Of a stretch of DNA of 25,799 bases, positions 8,919 through 16,019 are shown piece after piece (the first letter of the stretch is position 1; every line of letters begins with the position of its first letter). The position numbers and the translations under genes were made by a program. The DNA comes from a virus (Duplodnaviria > Caudoviricetes). The stretch is from IMG/VR virus record IMGVR_UViG_3300024219_000016, positions 1 to 25,799 of that record; one strand, 5' to 3'. Below the pieces are notes generated by a model, which saw only the letters and a program-made list of their open reading frames with translations, ran no database searches and was not told the DNA's origin.

Positions 8919-9304
8919 CAGCGACTCGGCGGATTATCAGGTTCCACGATGAGTTCAGGCACGCGCATCGTCGCATCGCCACGCAATAGCGGCAATGGCA
9001 AGCCAGGATAGACACGCTGAAAGGCTAGGCGATAGCATTTCAGACATATCACCTTTTGCAGATGCTCTCGACCGCGCTGAGGCTCTCCATTGTCCTTCAC
9101 CTTATCGCCAATGCTCACATCTCTCGTCTTGGCGAAGTTTCCCCCAGCATCTCCATCACTCTCAGGAGACACAAGCCCACCTGGGAAATCGATGTAGCGT
9201 GGAATCTCCTCCCAGCAATCCTCACAGATCGGCACGGCGCCATACTCGTATTGACGGTAGAACTTCATGTCGCCTGTGTTCTGCACGACATCATCAGGCT
9301 TCAT
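8918..9304 (-). CDS. Hypothetical protein with two CxxC motifs
   Basis: Start MKPDDV at an ATGA overlap; CEDC and CLKC. Confidence 0.6.
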   Translation of the reverse strand: MKPDDVVQNTGDMKFYRQYEYGAVPICEDCWEEIPRYIDFPGGLVSPESDGDAGGNFAKTRDVSIGDKVKDNGEPQRGREHLQKVICLKCYRLAFQRVYPGLPLPLLRGDATMRVPELIVEPDNPPSR

Positions 9305-9678
9305 AATGCCCCACTGCATCGAATGGCCACGAACCATCGCCGCGTTTCATCGGTGCCTTCAGGCTGCTTGTGAAAGGCGACTCGATTATTGAACCAGACC
9401 ACTTCAAACGGCTCGATCGGAAACAGTTCGCCAGTGCTCGAGCGAAGATTTGTCGGCATTTCACTGGACCAGATCACCATATGATCGGTTGTTCCGGCTG
9501 GCCCTCCTCCGTCCTGATGCCATTCGAGGTTGTCTGGATTTGGTGCTGCTGCACGATCGTGTGGGACACGCACGCTGATACGTTCCTTCCGACAACAAGC
9601 TGGAAGGAACGTCAGCGCTCGAAACTCTCGCTCGATACGATCCTCTTGGTATTCCCCAGGTTCGAACCGACCAAGCAC
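9301..9678 (-). CDS. Small 2OG-Fe(II) dioxygenase-like protein
   Basis: WHQDG (HxD) at 9511-9519, distal H in FNNRVAFHKQP, then RRWF. GTG start at 9678 is uncertain. Confidence 0.6.
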   Translation of the reverse strand: MLGRFEPGEYQEDRIEREFRALTFLPACCRKERISVRVPHDRAAAPNPDNLEWHQDGGGPAGTTDHMVIWSSEMPTNLRSSTGELFPIEPFEVVWFNNRVAFHKQPEGTDETRRWFVAIRCSGAL

Positions 9679-9688
9679 ACGCGCTTCG

Positions 9689-10144
9689 TTACTCGTCGTA
9701 TTCGATGCTGAAGACGCCATTGAATGCCGAGGAGACGACGACGGACATCAGCGCCATTCCTTTTCCGGTGCCTGCCTGCGTCTTCAGGAGCTTCGTATAA
9801 TCGTAGGCCACCCAGCGATACGTGGCTCTCTGATGCTGCGCCCATTGCAGAATCTGCGAACTGGCCGTAATCGTTGGGTTGATGTTCCACGCGGTATCGA
9901 ACGTGGAGAGTGCCGCCTGCGTCACGTTCTGATCGACTGCGTTCGCGGTGACGCTGGTCGAAGACGTGCCGCGAGCCGATGCCCTGAAGATGGCGTATTT
10001 CACGGCGTTGTCAGCGGACGCATCCGATCCGGCATTGATCTCGTAGATGCCGATCTGATTCGTCGCCGTCGCCATGCCGCAGATCATCGGGACCGTGGCC
10101 GATGCGGTATTCGTCGCATTAGAGTTCACTGAGAAACTAGCCAT
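9689..10144 (-). CDS. Small beta-sandwich structural protein (paralog family A)
   Basis: Ala/Thr/Ser-rich; ends FSIEYDE. Confidence 0.65.
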   Translation of the reverse strand: MASFSVNSNATNTASATVPMICGMATATNQIGIYEINAGSDASADNAVKYAIFRASARGTSSTSVTANAVDQNVTQAALSTFDTAWNINPTITASSQILQWAQHQRATYRWVAYDYTKLLKTQAGTGKGMALMSVVVSSAFNGVFSIEYDE

Positions 10145-10156
10145 CTATCGGATCTC

Positions 10157-10684
10157 CTAGTAGAGAGTAACTTCTTCCCAAATGAGGCCACACTGAATCA
10201 CCACTGTGGTGAGTGTGGCAGAACCTGCGAGCGAAACCCATCCGCCAGGGGGAACCGTGATCATCCGATTGAGCGGAGTCCACGACATCGTGGATTCACT
10301 CACGGTCAAGGCGCCAGTCGTGATCTGCGCGAGCGGAAAAAAGAATGTGCCGGCATTTGTAGGCGTGCCGATTCGATAGACCGTGCAGGATGACTTGACG
10401 CCACCGAGAAACAGATTGCCCGTGCTCTCGATCGCCGTCGTGCTGCTTGGCGCTGCCGTCTGTCCTGTGGCGCCTGTGAGGCCCAACGCGCCTGCCGCCG
10501 CAGATGCCGTGCTTACAGCAAAACCGACTGCCACAAGACGCGCATTGACATTGGACGAGCTATTCCACAGGAGCGGCCCACCCGTCCCTGCCGCCGTCGT
10601 ATAGATCACCGGAGCGGTCACGGTCGCATGCGCGACATAGAGCCGCTTACCGAGGCTGGCGTCTCCGAAATAGAGATCATCCAT
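10157..10684 (-). CDS. Small beta-sandwich structural protein (paralog family A)
   Basis: LLWNSSSNV...ITVPPGGWVSL...GLIWEE. Confidence 0.65.
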   Translation of the reverse strand: MDDLYFGDASLGKRLYVAHATVTAPVIYTTAAGTGGPLLWNSSSNVNARLVAVGFAVSTASAAAGALGLTGATGQTAAPSSTTAIESTGNLFLGGVKSSCTVYRIGTPTNAGTFFFPLAQITTGALTVSESTMSWTPLNRMITVPPGGWVSLAGSATLTTVVIQCGLIWEEVTLY

Positions 10685-10687
10685 TGG

Positions 10688-11239
10688 CTATTCCGGAATC
10701 TCTACCGCCTCGACGCCTTTTGCTGGACGCCCGCGCTTCCGCTTCGGTTTCACATCAAGGATATGTGTGCTGGTGGACTGATCGGCCTGCCTGAACTCTT
10801 CTCTGGCCTTCTCGCCCATCTTCGACACCTGATAGTGAACCCGTGCCGCCTCTTCAGCCATCGCGGCATACTGCTGTTCGGCGCGTTCCAGTGCTTCGGT
10901 CTGGAGATCGCACCAACCCTGTCCTTTGGCTTTCAGATGCTCATCTTCGTTCTGCACGATCTTCTGGCACTGACGATTGAACGATTCCACATAGTTCGTA
11001 TCGCGCTCCAGATCCTGCATGGACGTATAGAGCCACGGAGCCGGATGCACTTCGCCTACGGACACCTTACCGGTCTTCGGGTTGGTCATGGCCTTAAACA
11101 GCATCTTGGGATACGGCCTGAAGACGTAGGGATTGCCAGGCTTGAAATCCCCATCTGGCGTCATCGCATACATCGTATTGTGCTGCTCCCACTTACGGAG
11201 TTCGTCTGCCGCTGCACCTGACGGATTGTGAATGATCAT
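10688..11239 (-). CDS. Hypothetical protein with C-terminal AT-hook-like KRKRGRPAK
   Basis: Start MIIHNPS with GAGG upstream; YPKML...IVQNEDEH...GW; basic GRP motif. Confidence 0.65.
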   Translation of the reverse strand: MIIHNPSGAAADELRKWEQHNTMYAMTPDGDFKPGNPYVFRPYPKMLFKAMTNPKTGKVSVGEVHPAPWLYTSMQDLERDTNYVESFNRQCQKIVQNEDEHLKAKGQGWCDLQTEALERAEQQYAAMAEEAARVHYQVSKMGEKAREEFRQADQSTSTHILDVKPKRKRGRPAKGVEAVEIPE

Positions 11240-11247
11240 GAACCCTC

Positions 11248-11697
11248 TTAACTCGGTGTCGTGAGTGTGTATTGACGCACACCCAGCGAGCCTGGGAATT
11301 GCACATTCGTGACGAGTTGCCACGAACGATCCTGCGCTCCATCGCCACTATCGTTGCCTTGCACGGTCCACACATTGCCGTTCAAGACGTTGATGTGTGG
11401 AAGGACATAGACGCCGACTGGCGGCACACCGACTGGATCGCTTTCGTAGAGTTGGTTCGGCTGCGCGATCCAGACGGTTTCCAATGGCGAATGTGCCCGA
11501 GTGGCCGTGCCTTCATAGCCACGACGCACATGCACGCCACTGTTGACGCTATCGATATAGGCCACATCCAGAAGTTCACGATTGGCAAAGAGCACGCTAT
11601 TCGGCGTGACTCCAGATGTGCTCGCGAGATAGACGATGGTGTCTCCCGAGAGCACGGGCTGCGTGAATGTCGTGCTGGCCAGATTCACTGTGGCCAT
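11248..11697 (-). CDS. Virion accessory protein (paralog family B, RGxxGTxxxAH domain)
   Basis: VRRGYEGTATRAH; N-domain aligns with that of 12419..13054. Confidence 0.65.
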   Translation of the reverse strand: MATVNLASTTFTQPVLSGDTIVYLASTSGVTPNSVLFANRELLDVAYIDSVNSGVHVRRGYEGTATRAHSPLETVWIAQPNQLYESDPVGVPPVGVYVLPHINVLNGNVWTVQGNDSGDGAQDRSWQLVTNVQFPGSLGVRQYTLTTPS

Positions 11698-11700
11698 TCG

Positions 11701-12417
11701 TTACCTCTCCCACCATCCCATTTCAAATTCAAAGGTCATGGCGGTCGTTGCACCGGATGGCGAAGTCTGGACGAGTCCGAAATTGCCGCCAGGTCCGATG
11801 ACGATCGGCGGTCCACCCGTCGCGACCTGTGCGACCGTCGTCACCTGTGAGTAGGACGCTGCGAAGAGTCCACCGCCAAATGTGAAGTGATACTGGTCCA
11901 GCGCTATGCCTATGCTGGGACGAGTCTCACGCGACATCACTTTACGCGAAGACGTGAAGGCCGTCACGACGGCGCCGGCTTCGATGACAGCTCCGGTCGT
12001 ATTCGTGGAGTTGCTGCGGACGTTGTTCTTGTTCGCTGCACCGATCACCGTGCCGCCAGAACTGAAGGCTGTGGAGCCTTTGTTATCGATATAGGCGGCA
12101 AAGTAGACCTGCGTAGCCGATGCGTTCGCTACCGTTGTCGCGATCGTAATGTAGTCCAAGTAGATGTCCAGCGTTCCACCGTTGAAGAGATGGATGATCG
12201 ACTTGGTGTCGGTATCGGCAATCGCTGGTGCGGCATGCGCAGTGAGCTGCGTGCCAATGGTCGCATTGGTCGCGGTATAGTAACTCCCCTCATCGGCCAT
12301 TGACACGCGGCCAATTCCGTAGGGAATGACTCCCGCTTCTGAATACGAACCCGCACGAGTCGGGGTCGCTGTCGTGGTGCCGTCTTGATTCTTGCCTGGG
12401 CGAAGTTTGGCAAACAT
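11701..12417 (-). CDS. Beta-sandwich structural protein (paralog family A, with N-terminal extension)
   Basis: HLFNGGTLDIYL...IVIGPGGNFGL...FEMGWWER. Confidence 0.65.
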   Translation of the reverse strand: MFAKLRPGKNQDGTTTATPTRAGSYSEAGVIPYGIGRVSMADEGSYYTATNATIGTQLTAHAAPAIADTDTKSIIHLFNGGTLDIYLDYITIATTVANASATQVYFAAYIDNKGSTAFSSGGTVIGAANKNNVRSNSTNTTGAVIEAGAVVTAFTSSRKVMSRETRPSIGIALDQYHFTFGGGLFAASYSQVTTVAQVATGGPPIVIGPGGNFGLVQTSPSGATTAMTFEFEMGWWER

Positions 12418-12418
12418 G

Positions 12419-13054
12419 TTAGGCGATTCCTCCCGTGACCTTCGTCACAGTGCCAGTCCAGCCAGGAGCCGATGGGACGTTCCATGTGCCGCCAGCCGCG
12501 ATGACATGGATGCACAACTGCGCTCCAGCGGCCACGGTCAGGGCGGTGTATCCTGAACCCACACCACCGAGACCGCCCGTGAAGGTCGGGACGTGCGCCG
12601 CAACCGTGGTGCTCACGAGCCAGAGTTCCGTTCCATCCATGTCTTTGGTTGGCACAGGAATCGTGATCGTGGCCGCACTGGTAGAGTTGACGATCACACG
12701 CATATCCGTTCCCGCTGGGGGAAGCGTGAGCGTGAGCGTCGTGGCCGTCGTGCTCGTCACCTGAACGGGACGTGCTACGGCGTAGGTGACAATCGTCTGC
12801 GGAGCCGGAAGCGCGAAGTCAGAGGCTAGTCCATGCTTGACCGCTGCTGTGACGACGTGTGCCGCTGTCGCAGAGCCATCGCGACCACGAAGCACAGGAA
12901 TCGTCGTGCCAGTCGTATAGCTCTGAGCGATCTGCATCACTTCCTGATCGATCAGGACGAGACGCCCAGCCGCTGCACTGGCCGCTGAGGCGACGACAAT
13001 GACGTTATCCGTCAAGGCGACAGCCGATGAGAGCGTTGTATTTGCGAAAGCCAT
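12419..13054 (-). CDS. Putative capsid decoration protein (paralog family B)
   Basis: Directly follows coat; TTLSSAV...LIDQEVM...LRGRDGSATAAH plus a second beta domain. Confidence 0.6.
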   Translation of the reverse strand: MAFANTTLSSAVALTDNVIVVASAASAAAGRLVLIDQEVMQIAQSYTTGTTIPVLRGRDGSATAAHVVTAAVKHGLASDFALPAPQTIVTYAVARPVQVTSTTATTLTLTLPPAGTDMRVIVNSTSAATITIPVPTKDMDGTELWLVSTTVAAHVPTFTGGLGGVGSGYTALTVAAGAQLCIHVIAAGGTWNVPSAPGWTGTVTKVTGGIA

Positions 13055-13058
13055 TGGA

Positions 13059-14300
13059 TTAACCCCACACTCTGCACGCGAGACGTGCCTGAAGAGTGGC
13101 CGCGCCGATCAGAATGTCCATGCGATTCGGATTCTGGTCGGTGCCAATCTGATACTGCTCGACATACCGGATCGAGATGCCGAGTGTTTTGTCCTGCACC
13201 GCATAGCTATTCGCGCCAGCGCCAGGCTTCTTCAAGTCAGCCATGACGAAGGCGAAGGCGTCAGGGTGATACACGAAGGACTGCCGCGAAGTCGTCGCCA
13301 CGAGCGTGCCAGCCGTCTTCGATGATGCACCGAGCACCGTGATGCCAGCACCAGAGGCGGGCGAAGCGTCTACGGTCTGCAACTGGCCAGAGGTGATGAT
13401 GCTGGGAGAAATCGGCAGAGCGGTCATATTGCCTGAGCTGTCCGAAGTCGTTGCGGTGACCACGAACTGCTGGAGTCTACCGTTGCTGGCATAGGACAGC
13501 GGATTCACGCTGTTGACGCCATCGAGCACGATGATGTCGCCCTTGTTCAGCGTGGTGGAACCCGAGGCCCATGCCTGCGTGTTCAGCGTCGAGCCGGTCT
13601 GGTTCGCGCCGTTCACGGTCGGAGTCGCCGTGCTGGTCCATGATCCCGTGGTGTGCGTCGGCGTGACCGGATCCTGATACCACTCACTGATCCCGAGGTT
13701 CATCCCCGAGAACTGGCCTTCCTTCCAAATCTGACTCACGACACCCTGTGGGTTGAAGTTCGTCGTCGTCGTATTGGAGATGGTCTGCATCGCCAGCGGA
13801 TCGAGACAGGCCACGCGCCCCTTGAGAGGAGTGGCAAGGTCCGTCAGTTTGGTGCCCGCCTGCAGATAGGTCAACGTCGCATTGGGAGTCGTGCCGGGCG
13901 TTCCGACCGACGAGTAGATGTCGCGATACACCGCCTGGAAAGCCAGGACTTCCGATGCACTCGCGAGCGCTTCTGCGGCGGGTTTGGTATACCTCTCGCG
14001 GATGAACTGAATCTCAGTCGTCGCCTGAGCGCTCGAGTAGGATGTGGCGACGTTCTTCTGATTCGTCAGCGTGATCGGAACCGTCTGGTCGAAAATATTC
14101 TGGACCTGCAGTGCCTGACCATCTGTGACAGTGAAGCGCTGTGGCAGACGCGCATTGACGGTGTTCCCTACGACGGCGCCAGCCTGCATATACTGGTCGT
14201 CATAGGTCCGGTTGACGTTCGACAGGAACGTCAGATCATTGAGATAGCCGCGAGCAGTGTCCTTGGTGACCCATGATGGGGTCGCAAGTGTATTCGGCAT
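13059..14300 (-). CDS. Major capsid protein, P22 coat (gp5) family
   Basis: 413 aa; NVNRTYDDQY...VGNTVNARLP, insertion domain GDIIVLDGVNSVNP...LQQFVVTA, YHPDAFAFVMADL, RMDILIG...ACRVWG. Confidence 0.92.
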   Translation of the reverse strand: MPNTLATPSWVTKDTARGYLNDLTFLSNVNRTYDDQYMQAGAVVGNTVNARLPQRFTVTDGQALQVQNIFDQTVPITLTNQKNVATSYSSAQATTEIQFIRERYTKPAAEALASASEVLAFQAVYRDIYSSVGTPGTTPNATLTYLQAGTKLTDLATPLKGRVACLDPLAMQTISNTTTTNFNPQGVVSQIWKEGQFSGMNLGISEWYQDPVTPTHTTGSWTSTATPTVNGANQTGSTLNTQAWASGSTTLNKGDIIVLDGVNSVNPLSYASNGRLQQFVVTATTSDSSGNMTALPISPSIITSGQLQTVDASPASGAGITVLGASSKTAGTLVATTSRQSFVYHPDAFAFVMADLKKPGAGANSYAVQDKTLGISIRYVEQYQIGTDQNPNRMDILIGAATLQARLACRVWG

Positions 14301-14312
14301 TCGGGACTCGCA

Positions 14313-15260
14313 TTAGCGCACTCCTCGCTTACCTTCGGCTTTGTTTTCCCTCACATAGAACGAGGAAAAGGGTTCATCATCGCCGGGTTCAGGAGAAGTC
14401 GCTACGGGCGAAGTCCCTAGTGGCTGGATAGGGGGTTTCGCAGAACTCACAACGGGCGGTTTACGCTGAGCCACAGGGGCAGCAGTAGACCGCGCAGACA
14501 GTTTGCCAACGATTTCCCCGATTCGTCCAATCTGATCGATTGGGTGCAGGCTGAGGAGTGCCTGAGCTTCCGAGAGATTCTGCGAGAGGTATTCCGCGAT
14601 TTCCGGCCCTTGTTTGTGGTTCTGCAGGAAGGGCCAGACGCGCTGATCGATGGGTGTCTGACTGAGCAGCTGATCGATGTCTGGCACACGCTGGCGGATC
14701 TCTGCGAGTTTCCCGCCCCATGTCTGTCCTATGCTCGCCTGATGTGCCTGTGCGGCGGCGGCATCAGACTGGCGTCTGAACTCTTGCCGCGCTTCCCAAG
14801 CTGCTGAGGCTCTGACCCAAGTGCTATACGGATCAGGATTGGGCTGGCCATCCGGCAGCTTCATGAAGTCGTTCAGCGAGGGTTCGCGGTCCTCCGTAGG
14901 TGCCGCCTGTGGGGTTGGTCGCTGTGGCGGCTGTGGCCGCTGGACCTGTTCCCTCTCAGACCGAAGTTTCGCGAGTTCGGCGCGTTCGGCTTCAAGTTCT
15001 CGCTGCGTCTGATGTTTCTGAGCGGCGAGTGCATCGATTTCCTGTCGGTAGGTGAGTTTGCGGCCTTCTTTGCCGTATTTATCGGCCCTTGGCTTTTCAA
15101 CGGTTGCGGCTGGGGCAGGTTCGCCTTCAGGTTCCGGTTCTGGTTCCGGTTCTGGCTCTGGTGATTCGCCGCGCTCGATCGCATTCTCACGCGCAACGAA
15201 GTCGCTCAGCGACTCTTCGACTTCAGCAGCGGGCGATTCGACAATCGGTTCGTCGGCCAC
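14313..15260 (-). CDS. Scaffolding protein
   Basis: Acidic/Pro-rich N-terminus, coiled coil, EPSLNDF, GPEIAEYL, SSAKPPIQPL; immediately upstream of coat. Confidence 0.82.
   Translation of the reverse strand: MADEPIVESPAAEVEESLSDFVARENAIERGESPEPEPEPEPEPEGEPAPAATVEKPRADKYGKEGRKLTYRQEIDALAAQKHQTQRELEAERAELAKLRSEREQVQRPQPPQRPTPQAAPTEDREPSLNDFMKLPDGQPNPDPYSTWVRASAAWEARQEFRRQSDAAAAQAHQASIGQTWGGKLAEIRQRVPDIDQLLSQTPIDQRVWPFLQNHKQGPEIAEYLSQNLSEAQALLSLHPIDQIGRIGEIVGKLSARSTAAPVAQRKPPVVSSAKPPIQPLGTSPVATSPEPGDDEPFSSFYVRENKAEGKRGVR
15128..15163 (-). repeat. (Glu-Pro)n 6-nt microrepeat in scaffold
   Basis: caggttccggttctggttccggttctggctctgg encodes PEPEPEPEPEPE. Confidence 0.8.
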
Positions 15261-15482
15261 TTACCGGCCCTTCTTGGAGTGCAAATATTGACCAAGCCGT
15301 GCTGCGTTCGGATGCGAGTTCAACGCAGCGACATGTCCCGGCTTGCCCTTCATGGAACCAGCGGCGAAATCATGCATCTGCGAATGCGTCATGGAACTGC
15401 GGATCTTCTGAGCCATTGGGAAGTTCGCGCCGTGCTCAGCCGCCGCCATGAGTCGTTGCTGGGCGCGTGACTTACTCGGCAT
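15261..15482 (-). CDS. Small basic protein, DUF3008-like
   Basis: MPSKSRAQQRLMAAA...SMTHSQMHDFAAGSMKGKPGH matches the family pattern as I recall it. Confidence 0.6.
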   Translation of the reverse strand: MPSKSRAQQRLMAAAEHGANFPMAQKIRSSMTHSQMHDFAAGSMKGKPGHVAALNSHPNAARLGQYLHSKKGR

Positions 15483-15747
15483 GCTCTGCCCTGCCACTGA
15501 AAGGGAAATAAATGAGTCCTTGGAGTTCTTGCGCCTGTCTTTGATGAAAGGTGCAAATCACGATGTCGTATGAATCAGGTAGCCAAGGCGCGATGCGCTT
15601 GCATCCACACCCGAGAACTGTAGGCATACGCGCATTCAGCAATGCGTTTATCGCCTCTTCATAATCGGTCGGAAATACTGGCTTAGATCCATCACCAAAC
15701 TGATAGCCTTTCGGCAGCGGTTCGCGACGTTCTTGGTGACTTGGCAT
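15472..15747 (-). CDS. Hypothetical protein (CGC...CxxH)
   Basis: 91-aa ORF just downstream of a sigma70-like promoter. Confidence 0.5.
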   Translation of the reverse strand: MPSHQERREPLPKGYQFGDGSKPVFPTDYEEAINALLNARMPTVLGCGCKRIAPWLPDSYDIVICTFHQRQAQELQGLIYFPFSGRAEHAE

Positions 15748-15761
15748 GTTAATTCGTTGGG

Positions 15762-15790
15762 ATATTACACCTGAGTTGACGATCCGTCAA
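15762..15790 (-). promoter_or_regulatory. Sigma70-like promoter with palindrome over the -35
   Basis: Minus strand TTGACG (15790-15785), 17-nt spacer, TAATAT (15767-15762). Perfect palindrome ttgacg-atc-cgtcaa at 15776-15790. Lies in an intergenic gap. Confidence 0.65.
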
Positions 15791-15800
15791 ACAATTCAGA

Positions 15801-16019
15801 TCAATCCCGTTCTGGCCAATGCCAAGTGCCTTCTCCAAATTCGGCATCATGCAGGATCCCGAAGGCCCGAAACATCGAATCCCTGTCAAAGACGGTCAAG
15901 TCGATCCCCACGCCTAATTCGACCTTCGTCACCAGTGCGGCCAAGTGCTCTTTGGACCCATCAGGGACGTAATGGACGATTCGACCGACGCTCGCCTTCT
16001 GGACTGGCGTATCGCTCAT
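15801..16019 (-). CDS. Conserved small phage protein (SVGRIVHY...WxWP)
   Basis: SVGRIVHYV...AALVTKV...LTVF...WHWPER; ATGA overlap with portal stop. Confidence 0.7.
   Translation of the reverse strand: MSDTPVQKASVGRIVHYVPDGSKEHLAALVTKVELGVGIDLTVFDRDSMFRAFGILHDAEFGEGTWHWPERD

Noticed and set aside
527-10690. Genome-wide TAG recoding, suggested by in-frame TAG junctions at 533, 1556, 10157 and 10688
   Set aside because: TAG stops at 2242 and 2613 are followed by out-of-frame starts, TAA/TGA junctions are also sometimes in frame, and portal, coat, terL and gp10 are full length under the standard code.
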